Shown here: positions 52,936 to 64,000 of the stretch, in pieces
Position numbering within the stretch: the first letter of the stretch is position 1
How the letters are laid out: each line of letters begins with the position of its first letter
Assembly (NCBI GenBank): GCA_951406725.2
Contig: OX597817.1
Span: forward strand, 9,486,001-9,550,000
Length of the DNA stretch: 64,000 nucleotides
From: Octopus vulgaris
Taxonomy: Eukaryota
Direction: 5' to 3'
Notes under the pieces: model-generated
What the model was told of the DNA's origin: nothing
Database searches by the model: none
The model's input: only the letters and a program-made list of their open reading frames with translations
Position numbers and translations under genes: made by a program

Positions 52936-53773
52936 AGGAAATATCAACCAAGTACCTGATGCACAAAAGGGATAGAGATGCAGGAAAAGCCGTAAAATGT
53001 GACAACCAATGCAGACTTTGTGGAATTCACACTGAAGCTATCACGCACATCATAAGCAGTTGTCTGAAAATGCCACCACAGTATTATCTACCGATGAGAC
53101 ATGATGTAGCTAGAACACTATAATGAAATCCGTTGGAAGGGTAATCCTGTGGACAAAGAAATAAGAACCCACAATATAGTAGAAGCCAAGGCCACTCATA
53201 ATAAATGAAATACTGGTGGAATGTACCAGTGAAGTTTCAATAAAATGTAAGCACAACAGACTTGATATAATGATTTGGGATAGAGAAGAGAAACTGTGCA
53301 AAATTGTGGAAATTAGCTGTCCAGCAGATGTTAACATAAAGCAGAAGATCAGTGAAAAACAGAACACCTATGCTGAACTATTGAAAAATCTGTAGTTACT
53401 CTATCCAGATTGGAATATAGAACACGTTGCCTAAATACCAATCTTGAGAAATTAGGCTTCTCAAAACCAGAAAGGAGAAAGCTAATTCGAGTACTACAAA
53501 TCCAGTCCATCACTGGAACTGTAAAAATCTGTAAAACTTTCCAGAAGTTTATCATTTAAATATATATGAGCATTTCTAGATATGCAACTCTATGCATGAA
53601 AATGCATACATAAAACGTACAAATATGCACATACATACAAACATACATACATACATACAGACAAAAGTACCCTGTTTCTGATGTTGAAATTCCAATGAAG
53701 GAACCTTGGATCTAGGTTAGAAACCAGTTCTTTCTCTATTGGCAAGAAATCTTGAAATTAACTGAATAATGAC
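52936..53773 (+). mobile_element. R4/Dong-like LINE 3' part (CCHC knuckle, restriction-like endonuclease, 3' UTR)
   Basis: CRLCGIHTEAITHIISSC...RHDVA...KHNRLDIMIWDREEKLCKIVEISCPADVNIKQKISEKQNTY. 5' junction lies in (CATA)n. Confidence 0.85.
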
Positions 53774-54102
53774 ACACATGCGCTCATCTGTCTAAACGGT
53801 TAATTTCTACTCGACTTAGAAACAAAAATATATGTTTTTTACTTCGTTTTCTTCCTATTGGATGATGTTATGCATAGGGAAACAGCTCGTAGGGGAACGA
53901 ACACCAGAAGACACTTAGTACTGCACCAATGGAATCTTTCTTTTCTGTTTATGAATTCTATCTTGACAGACGTTAGACGTTCTCTGCTGTGATCGGAAAC
54001 GAGGTTTGTGTCCCGTGGCAGAGCCTGTCGTAGAGCCTATCTTATTTTCGTCCCAAGTTAGCGTTTACAATATCTTACACGAGCCACACACACACACACA
54101 CA

Positions 54103-54159
<57 letters not shown>

Positions 54160-55239
54160 CATACATATAGAAAATTATCTCGTTTAAAAGATCCAGTTTA
54201 TATATACGTACGTATTTTTATATGTGTGAGGTATGTCTGAGTAGTGAAGAAGGTCACTTCATAATCGTAAAGTTCTAGGTTCGAATTCACTGAGTGGTAT
54301 CTTGAACAATTGTGGGCCAAAACTTTCGACTGAAAACATGTAGACGGCAACTGCGTTGAAGCACATTGGACGGACATGTAATTCAAACAGCCGGCTTTAT
54401 CATACATTATGTCTACTTGAGAATTGTGATAAGGGTGCGCATCTATACGGAATACTCGGCCACTCCTATGCTAACTCATTGAGAATGTATAGAGGTTGAT
54501 CGAAGAACTGTTGAAACATTAATCACCGTCGAAACCGACGTGAGATCTGCTTACTTGACACTATGCAGGTATAAATGTATTTGTTCATATGTTTGCTTGA
54601 CTGTATATATGTATATGTGAGTATATCTATGTGTATGTATGTGTATATATATATATGCTTTAGTGAGTGTGAGCGCACGTGTATGTGTATGCGTTCGTGC
54701 ATGCGTGTGTGTATGTGTGTCTGTGGGTGTGAGTGTGTGTATGTATGTGTGCGTGCGTGTGTCTGTGTGTATACACATGACGTCCGAGGTAAAGAGTAGA
54801 GAAAGAGACAATGGAAAAGACAATTGAAAAACACACACACACGCGCATACACACACACGCACTCGCACACGCACATACACATCCGACCGCGCATACGCAT
54901 TTACAGAGATTTGGTAGAGTCCATAGAGAAGAACGGAGGTTGGAATGGTCGGGCGTAACATTATTCTGGAGCTCATCAATCTCACTTCAACAGACATTTG
55001 AAAGTATCATCTATCGCGTATACTATTTCCCAAATATCTCCCCAATTTTGCTATTTCCAGTGCACTAAAATCATATGATACGTATCTATGTAACGTCCTC
55101 TATAAGTTTTTATAGTGACCTACTATAGATTAATTATAGCAGTCTGTGATTCATAAAAATTATCTTATAATTTTGAGAAGATCTTAGCGTAACAAGAAAA
55201 TACTGGCGAATTGAATTTACTGGGCTGAAGTCACCGGTA

Positions 55240-56086
55240 CGAGGTGATATGGAAATGTTCCCGAACTAGTTCTGCAGCACGCCAGAAGATGGCAGTACGT
55301 AGTTACGTGCGCAGTGAGAGCTTGCAGTGACCTTCATGAGGAAGTGTGCCGAGTGACATCGCTGTGTATACTTTGCAAGTTGTGATATTTGTGTTTTTAT
55401 GATTACATGTATGCTGTAGTCTGCGATTTTGTCATGATCAGGAAGATAGAATAAAGAGCCTACGTGATATTTTGTGCGAAACTTGGGAAGACAGCTACAG
55501 AGGAATTGAGCATACTTCGGTAAGCTTATGACGACGAGGCAATGGGTCGTACGTGATGTTTCAAGTGGCACAGGAGCTTCAAAAGCGGAAGAACGTCCCT
55601 GGAAGACGATTAGGGATCTAGAAGACCTGCCATGGGTGTTGGCCCTCGGGAACAGGGAGGAAATTCATCAGTTTGTTCATGAAGCTCGTCGGAAGAAGAC
55701 AATCAACGTTTTGAAACATCTGAGGGAGGACATTCGATCGGATCGGTGGAGTGCGAAGAATTGGATTCTTCACGACGACTATGCATTCTGTCACCAAGAT
55801 CTCCTCACTCATAACTTTCTTGCCAAAAACAGCATAGTATCGCTTTCGCACCCGCCCTATTCTCCAGACTTAGCGTCTGCGGACTTGCATCTCTTCCCCA
55901 AGATGAAAAGGCAGCTCAAAGGTCGCCGTTTTAAAGCCATTGTTGAGATCAAGAGCAAATCACAGCTTCGACTCGTTTACGAAACCGACTTCCAGACTGG
56001 ATTCCAAAATTGGCAGAAACGCTGGGACCGGTGTATTGTTGCGCAAGGTGACTATTTCGAAGGAAATCATGTCAAAACTTAGGTAA
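55240..56086 (+). mobile_element. Mariner (DD34D) element, internally deleted, 3' TIR missing
   Basis: TA|CGAGG 5' TIR. WILHDDYAFCH...HPPYSPDLASADLHLFPKMK...[18 protein letters not shown]. Confidence 0.9.
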
Positions 56087-56124
56087 ATACTCAGTATCCC
56101 GAGATGGCGTATTCTGGAATCAGA

Positions 56125-56207
<83 letters not shown>

Positions 56208-56307
56208 CATACATATATACACACATACAATATACATACATGCTACATACATACCTACATACATACATGCATGCATACATACATACATGCATGCATACAT
56301 ACATACA

Positions 56308-56341
<34 letters not shown>

Positions 56342-56497
56342 CATACATGCATACATACATAAATAAGTACATACATGCATACATACATACATACATATAT
56401 GTATATATAATCGTAAAATATCTTGTGCAAGTCACATACAAAGATCAGCGTGCATATGTTCTGATTCCAGAATACGCCATCTCGGGATACTAAGTAT
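56087..56497. repeat. 44-bp inverted repeat flanking a (TA)n/(CATA)n core
   Basis: 56087-56130 versus 56454-56497, 2 mismatches. Confidence 0.92.
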
Positions 56498-57126
56498 AAA
56501 ATGCAAATTATTAATTACAATACCGAAATTTCAGAATACAGTATTAAAATTATAGAATATCAACCTGACTATCACAATAATGTAGTTGAATATTTCGTGT
56601 TCTTACGTGTGTGGCAGGAGATCGCGATAGCATCAGCTAGACCGTGCACACACCAGACATAGACCTACTGTGGTTCACTGCTTCAACTTTCCTCTACAAT
56701 AATCACTATGCTGCCAGTTAGCAGCAGTAATTCCTAATTTCTGAGAGTAGAAATGACACTGTCACCTCAATCATCAGCCATTCAATATCACTTTCCATTC
56801 CTTTGAATTCTCCGACATTTTTTTCTCCTATGTTATGGCTAATGCCTGTCTGTATTGTATTGTGATGCCAGATGACGGCTGGCCAATCACACGCTTCAGT
56901 TCACCTGTTGTTCATTGTAAAATCAATCATATATTCTCGTCTGTCTACCGTTATGGGAGGTGGTCTAGTTTTCTCATCCAGTTTATATTCTCCGACAAAC
57001 CGAGCGGACATCGGTTGAACTTCAGATTAAAAACGCAACTGGATCACGCAAAATACATTTTTATACTTTACCATAGAAATACTGGCCGATATAATGAGAA
57101 GGAAGAAACAGTTTTATTACCTGATA

Positions 57127-57514
57127 GGGGGAAGCACTCCGTCGGTTACGACGACGAGGGTTCCGGTTGATCCGAATCAACGGAACAGCCTGCTCGTGAA
57201 ATTAACGTGTAAGTGGCTGAGCACTCCACAGACACGTGTACCCTTAACGTAGTTCTCGGGGATATTCAGCATGACACAGAGAGTGACAAGGCCGGCCCTT
57301 TTGAAATACAGGAACAATAGAAACAGGAAGTAAGAGTGAGAGAAAGTTGTGGTGAAAGAGTACAGCAGGGATCACCACCATCCCCTGCCGGAGCCTCGTG
57401 GAGCTTTAGGTGTTTTCGCTCAATAAACACTCACAACGTCCGGTCTGGGAATCGAAACCGCGATCCTATGACCGCGAGTCCGCTGCCCTAACCACTGGGC
57501 CATTGCGCCTCCAC
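57127..57514 (-). mobile_element. SINE family C, full length
   Basis: 13-bp TSD ttattacctgata at 57114-57126 and 57515-57527. Confidence 0.9.
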
Positions 57515-58494
57515 TTATTACCTGATATGGCTTCACTGAAATTGAATGGGCGTTTTTAATGTTATATCTCAAGAATTTTGTACAGGCCATCCCAAAACTC
57601 CTTTCCAGTGACGTAATAGGTCTTCATTTCTAACATTCTACAAAAGAAAATAATAAGAAGGGAAGGTACACTTGGTTACATTCTTCTGGTACTTAACTGA
57701 TATTTATTTTATTGACCTCGGAATAATTAAAAGCAATGTCTACCTTGACGCGTTTTAAAACCCAGAACGTAAAGTGGCGTAACTAAACGCCACAACATAC
57801 ATCCAGTACAATATTGATTCTTTTATCCACCGCTTATGAGTAATTGTGATGAGGAATTCTAGTTTAGGCTCAAGAACAGTATTTTCATGGGGAAAGGTTA
57901 GTTGTTTATAACATCAATCATTTGACTTACTTTATTTTATCAACACCGAATAGATGAAAATTAAAATTCACTTTGGTTCGATTTGAACTCAGAACGTGAA
58001 GAAACTGAAGAAATACTGGAGGCATTTTGTCCGACAATTTATCGACCCGACCAATCCGCCAACTAAATAATCAATATATGGTATATCAAGAGTAAGGAAA
58101 CACTGATTTACTTTTCTTTTTAAATAAATCCCACATCAAGACAAGGCTACACATTTTGGAGGAAAAGATATTGTCGATTGACCGCCAGGATTTGCTTGGG
58201 AAGATGAGAGTCAGCGTTTATCAGAAAAAAATTTGAACTCGTGTAAAGACAAATTACTAAATATTTCAAGAACTTTTTAAAGCACACTATGAATAACGCG
58301 GATCCACGTATTGAGTCCTATTATTTAAATTCAGTTTCATGGAGAGGATAGAATAAGTGATAAACCCCACCGGGTTAAAAGTTTATCGCAAGTTATTCCG
58401 AGGTACTCTGATTCCTATTCCTACACAACGAGGTGAACATTCCATGTATAATAACTACTTTTTGTCTAGTAGAACAATGAAATGGCATCTTTGG

Positions 58495-58927
58495 AAGGCG
58501 GCGAGCTGGTAGAAATGTTAGCACGCCGGGCGAAATGCGTAGCTGTAATTTGTCTGCCGTTACGTTCTGAGTTCAAATTCCGCCGAGGTCGATTTTACTT
58601 TTCATCCTTTCGGGGTCGATAAATTAAGTACCACTTACGCACTGGTGTCGATATAATCGACTTAATCCGTTTGTCTGTCCTTGATTGTCCCCTCTGTATT
58701 TAGCCCCTTGTGGGCAGTAAAGAAATAAGAAACGTTAGCACGCTGGGCGAAATGCATAGCCGTATTTTGTCTGCCGTTACGTTCTGAGTTCAAATTCCGC
58801 CGAGGTCGACTTTGGCTTTCATTCTTTCGGGGTCGATATATTAAGTACCAGTTGCGTACTGGGGTCGGTATAATCGACTGGCTCCCCTCCACAAATTTCG
58901 GGCCTTGTGCCTAGAGCAGAAAAGAAT
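58495..58927 (+). mobile_element. Tandem or nested family A SINE pair with two different tails
   Basis: First copy ends with the Tx1-like tail at about 58728. The second resumes at agaaacgttagc and ends gccttgtgcctagagcagaaaag. Confidence 0.85.
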
Positions 58928-59615
58928 TTATGATATATTTGGTATTAAACACATAAGCTGTTGAGAGCTTTTTCGTTCGGCCATCTCCTGCTGAAAAAAA
59001 AAAGTATGATTGAGATGTTACTTTACATGTACCATAGTCAGATAACTCTGTGAGTAGTCGAATACTGGACCTTTTTAGACTGATACGAGTTTGTGATAAT
59101 GTCTTTACTGCCGTGCATCATACCTTTCTTTTTTGACCACCTGCGATCATTCTTGCAGTTTTTGTTAATGTAAAAAAAACATAACTAACAATAATATTGC
59201 GTAGTTTTCTTTGAAAATAATCAAGAACGTGCGTAAATACGTCTCTGTATATGTGTGTATGCGCGTCGTGTCCATATGGATATGTGTGTTTGTGTGTGTA
59301 TGTGCGTGTGTCTGTAAGGGTTAAACGTCGTATTCACAAGATCACTCGTATCTGACCCGTGTATTGCCTAACAAACAATGTTGCCCGTGAAATGATTAAA
59401 TAATTGTCCTATCTGTGGCTTCACAGTCGATTTACATCAATGGCGTTTTAATTCTTGGGTATGGGGTGGAGATTTCGTCAAAATGATCGCTTTCAAATCC
59501 GTTACAGCTTGCTACATTTTTTCTGCCAAACTGAATTTCATTCAGTCAAGACTAATTTCTTTCCGAGTAATATATTTTTCTACCTCTCTCTCCATTGCTT
59601 ATTCCTATTATTTCT

Positions 59616-59668
<53 letters not shown>

Positions 59669-60021
59669 GCGTATTTTTTTTTTCCCGCGTCGCTTCTTTG
59701 CCTTTCCCCCCCTTTCTTTCTCTCCAAACCACCCTCTTCCTTACCACCCACCCATCTTCCTTCTCTAACTTTCAATATTTCTCCTATTTTCTCCCCCTTC
59801 ATCCGCGCCCTCCCACTTCCCCTCCCCAACCTTATTTTCCTTTATTTCATTGAAGTTAATTAACTCTAAATGAGTTTTGTTATTATCATTATTTATCATC
59901 ATCATAATCATCATCATCGTCATCATCATCATCATCATCATCATCGTCGTCGTCATCATTGTTAGTTTATTTATTCATTATTATTGTGATAGTTGCTGTA
60001 GTTGTTGTTGTTGTTGCCGTT

Positions 60022-60055
<34 letters not shown>

Positions 60056-60243
60056 TTGCTGCTGCTCTTGTTGTTATCATCATCATTATTCCCTGCTAAT
60101 TAAGATGTTCATTCTATTTACACAGTCGGTTGAAAATTCAGTTAATGAGTTGCTGTCAATGAGCCAGAAACCTAATTCCGAAGCTGAATCACTTTCGTGT
60201 TGAAGGTGTTTTCATGAATTCCACCCCTCCCCCACTTCAGCGT

Positions 60244-60570
60244 CACCACCACCACCACCACAACAACAACCACCACCACCATCATCACCATCACCACAGC
60301 CACCATCGCCGCCGCCGCCTCCGCTACCACCACCACCAACACAACCACCACCACCACCACCACCACCACATCACCATCACCACCACCACCACCACCACCA
60401 CCACCACCACCACCACCACCACCACCACCACCACCACCACCACCACCACCAAAAGCACCACCACCACCACCACCACCACCACTACCATCACCACAACCAC
60501 CACCGCCGCCGCTACCACCGCTGAACCACCATGGTCGCCGCTGCCAGCGTCACCACTACCACCACCACCA
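60244..60570. repeat. (CAC)n array
   Basis: Direct observation. Confidence 0.95.
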
Positions 60571-60858
60571 CCTCCAACACACAAGCACCACAACTCAATA
60601 TGTCGATCTTCACACTCCTCTCTCATCTTCCTTACCTCTTCCTATTCCGCTCAACAGTTTTTCGCTGGTGGCTATGTCGAATAAAAAAACATTTCTTCAA
60701 TGCTGAAAGCTGCATCATTTTCTTTATGGATGTCATGAAACTTGTAAGGAGGTGAAGAGAAGTACGGATCCTCGAGTAAATTAAAATAAACAATTGGTCG
60801 TCTTTATGGGGTACAGGGTTCAAAACTAGGAAGAGGACGTTTGTTAAGGGGAGTACAT

Positions 60859-61065
60859 TTATTTCTTTATTGCCCACAGGGTCTAAACATAGAGAGGGAA
60901 AACAAGGAGAGACAAAGGGATTAAGTCGATTAGGTCGACTCCAGTGCGTAACCGGTACTTATTTAATCGACCCCGAAAGGATGAAAGGCAAAGTCGACGT
61001 CGGCGGAATTTGAACTCAGAACGTAAGGGCAGACGAAATGCCATTAAGCATTTCGCCCGGCCTTC
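60859..61065 (-). mobile_element. SINE family A
   Basis: Family A body with Tx1-like tail. Confidence 0.85.
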
Positions 61066-61089
61066 TAACGATTCTGCCAGCTTGCTCGA

Positions 61090-61164
<75 letters not shown>

Positions 61165-61174
61165 TCTAGGAAAG

Positions 61175-61340
61175 GATTTGTTCCTGGCTTTGAGTAAAAG
61201 AAAATACAGGAGGATCAGTTAATTATGACTTTATTCAACATATTCTCCTGTCAGATTCACACACTTATTGCAGTTGTTATGAGCCTGCAACTAGGCCTTT
61301 CGCGGTTCTCTTAGGCCAAGAACTTTTCATCACCCCCTCG
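61175..61340. mobile_element. Mariner-type MITE remnant
   Basis: Right end gccaagaacttttcatcaccccctcg|ta. Partial left TIR gttcctggc. Confidence 0.55.
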
Positions 61341-61467
61341 TATATACGGCCTTTATTTTGTTTGTACATTCATTTTCCTGCCTACTACGAGTTTGTTTTC
61401 GTCACCGTCCAGTACATTCGTTCATTATTCCCAGTAGCTTTTTGCTTTTGACGCCACCAAAGTGAAC

Positions 61468-61708
61468 AATATTACCGTTAAAAGCGTGAAATGGTAATGA
61501 TTTTTCGAGGATAACTGACGAAGGGTGAGCATACCCATGTCTTGTTTGTTAATTTTCCGTTTGTTCCTTTGTCGTCCTTCAGTTCAATTTTTTAAATATT
61601 ACCGTTAAAGGCGTGAAATGATAATGATTTTTCGAGGATAACTGACGAAGGAAGAGCATATGCATGTCTTGTTTGTTAATTTTCCGTTTGTTCCTTTGTC
61701 GTCCTTCA
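61468..61708 (+). repeat. Tandem duplication (127-bp period) carrying a hammerhead-like remnant
   Basis: 61468-61581 is similar to 61595-61708. Each copy has ataa-CTGACGA-...-TC-ttgt but lacks GAAA. Confidence 0.85.
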
Positions 61709-62352
61709 AATGGCCTGAACTCTTTGCATGAACACCACTCTGTACATAAATCCATGTTCCCCTACATGGCCTTGCTTTTTGATTTTTGAGCTAAAAAATT
61801 AACTTAACTTAACTATATACACTTACATACATACACGCACAAACATATACACACACATACACACACATACGCACATGCATATATTAGATTAGTGACTTAG
61901 TCAGAAAGGGAGTAGCAACGCACATAAAATTTCTCACGGTCTCTGTGGCTGTTAGGTAGAAGTCTTCAGACCAAGATCCACTCAATATGAAGTCCGTTAA
62001 ATGCATTCGAGGTCCAGGTAGTGTAATCCAAATCAAATCAACCCCCAAGAGCAGGTCCTTCTTACGAGATTTCATTCAGTTTCTGTCACAAAAAATGAGA
62101 ATACAGTTAAAACCTTTTGCTACCCAATTACTAATAAATACTTTCCTAATGTTGTTTGCGATCGAACACAAACCTTGAATCACGCATTTTTGAAGCGAAC
62201 GTTTTAAACATGCAGCCATAGCTACGGATATATGCATTCATACAGACACACACACGCACACACACACATCACACACAAAGTGTCAGAGAGAGAGAGGGGG
62301 GAATATATATATATACAGAGAGAGAGAGAGAGGGAGAGAGAGATAAACAGAC

Positions 62353-62441
<89 letters not shown>

Positions 62442-62533
62442 TTTTTTTATATCTTACCAGCGTTTCCTTCATCATATATGCAGTAATCACATTCAGTTAA
62501 AATAACCTATTGATGTGTTTTGTTTCTCTTTTT

Positions 62534-62620
62534 TTCCCTGATGAGAAGATCGCATTGTTTTACATTATTTTGTCTCTTCTGGAATAATAACCAATGTTTT
62601 CTTCGAAACATATGTCGGAA
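62534..62620 (+). ncRNA. Type I hammerhead ribozyme (intact core, long stem II)
   Basis: UUCC-CUGAUGA-GAAGA...(CAUUG/CAAUG, AUUAUUUU/GGAAUAAU)...UCUUC-GAAA-CAUAUG-UC-GGAA. Confidence 0.82.
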
Positions 62621-62723
62621 GTATAAAGATTTGAATAACACCCGTGTTTAACTCCATTTCTTTATTTATCTATGTAATATAAAATCAGAAATATTAAATT
62701 TCTAAACGTCTCAAAGAGACATG

Positions 62724-62800
62724 AGCGGTGGTGGAGCGATAGAGTGGTTGTATACTGTCAACTTAACGTGACAGTCCCGTATGGGAATTACACCACCGCT
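62724..62800 (+). other. Cloverleaf-like structured segment
   Basis: agcggtggtg/caccaccgct 10-bp closing stem enclosing ctgtca/tgacag and tccc/ggga hairpins. Confidence 0.5.
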
Positions 62801-62990
62801 GTTTAGCCCTAGGAATCTTCGAACGCTTCCTGTCGGCTTTGACACATTTCCTGTGTCCTTATATAAAATCATTTCACTAAACCTTGGAATTTCTACCGTT
62901 ATAAGTAGGCTGTTACATCCTTGGTATTCATGTGAATTTTTGCTGCCCTGGTAACTACTTTTTTTCCATGTTATTGTACACATTGAAAAA

Positions 62991-63084
<94 letters not shown>

Positions 63085-64000
63085 ATAATAATGATAATTA
63101 TAATTAAGGGTTAATTGCAACAAGTTGCTCAAAACCACATACCGAAAATATTAGAAATAGCAGCCAAAATTGATCACTATTTCCTCTACTAATAAAAAGT
63201 CTCCACAAACAAACAGAATTTGTAACCTGTATATGGCAAAAAAGGAAGAAAATAACGAAATACCAGCCTATGGATTAATTATATATATATATGTATGTGT
63301 GTGTGTGTGTATGTATATGCATATAAGTATCGTGCAAGAGTAAGAAAAAGAAAAAAAGAGGCAGTGAGAGAAAAGTGAAATACAAAAATAGATCACACTC
63401 CTGAGTAACAACGATAATATTGCAATTGTACTATAAATCATTTAGCCATTTTATTCGTAGTGACAAGTGAAAAAAATTATGGTCTCCAAGACTACGTTTC
63501 GTAATTATAAAAAAAAAAAAAGGTTATTCATTTATTCTTCCTGAAGACAAAAAACAGAAACACAGAAGAAAAACAGAAAAATGAAAAGCAAAAGGATAAA
63601 AGGAAATAAACGAGATTGAACAATGCAACATTGCTGAAAGCGAAAAATGTCTTTATGAGTGAGGCATATGTATTTAGATGAGATGTTACAGTTAACGCAT
63701 TTTCTAGAGTACATTATGTTTAAGGTGTTCCACTATGCATGCAGACTGCCATCGTTTAGCTAAAAAAAAAAAGACGTTTGCTCCCTGTAGATTTTTCTAC
63801 AGAATGTAAGAAAGTATATATTTATTATAATTGTTTCAAAAAACTTACGTCGGTTTATGTCTCATTAAAAAGAAAACTGCATCAGAGAATTCCCATCTAA
63901 TTTGTCGTATAGTTGCAGACATGGTGTATATGTTAGCTGTTCCACTTACACACACACACACACACAAAAAGTGTTTGCTAAGACTCGTACAGGTTTAATC

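Noticed and set aside
54901-54960. Possible small host exon (ttacag then DLVESIEKNGGWNGRA*)
   Set aside because: Weak polypyrimidine tract, no recognisable homology and no partner exons.
60214-60684. His/Thr-rich 156 aa ORF
   Set aside because: (CAC)n microsatellite.

Overview
An AT-rich, apparently gene-free animal window (intronic or intergenic). It is most likely from a coleoid cephalopod (Octopus), inferred from its SINE families and extreme microsatellite density. No host protein-coding exon can be supported, and almost all long ORFs in the track are microsatellite translations. The window is a mosaic of decayed mobile elements: Penelope-like elements (a Neptune-type GIY-YIG end and a ~2.2 kb Naiad-like copy), RTE, CR1/L2, R4/Dong and Tx1 LINE fragments, three modular tRNA-derived SINE families, five copies of a non-autonomous Helitron, and Tc1/mariner/maT/pogo remnants. 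The most interesting signals are at the RNA level. They are several type I hammerhead ribozyme motifs (two with intact cores and unusually long stem II, plus degenerate copies), two highly structured non-coding retroposon-like elements (one with an HDV-like pseudoknot topology), LINEs sitting in specific microsatellites, RTE copies with twin-priming-like 5' inversions, and recurrent fold-back palindromes around microsatellites. All calls were made by eye, boundaries are approximate, and clade names need database confirmation.
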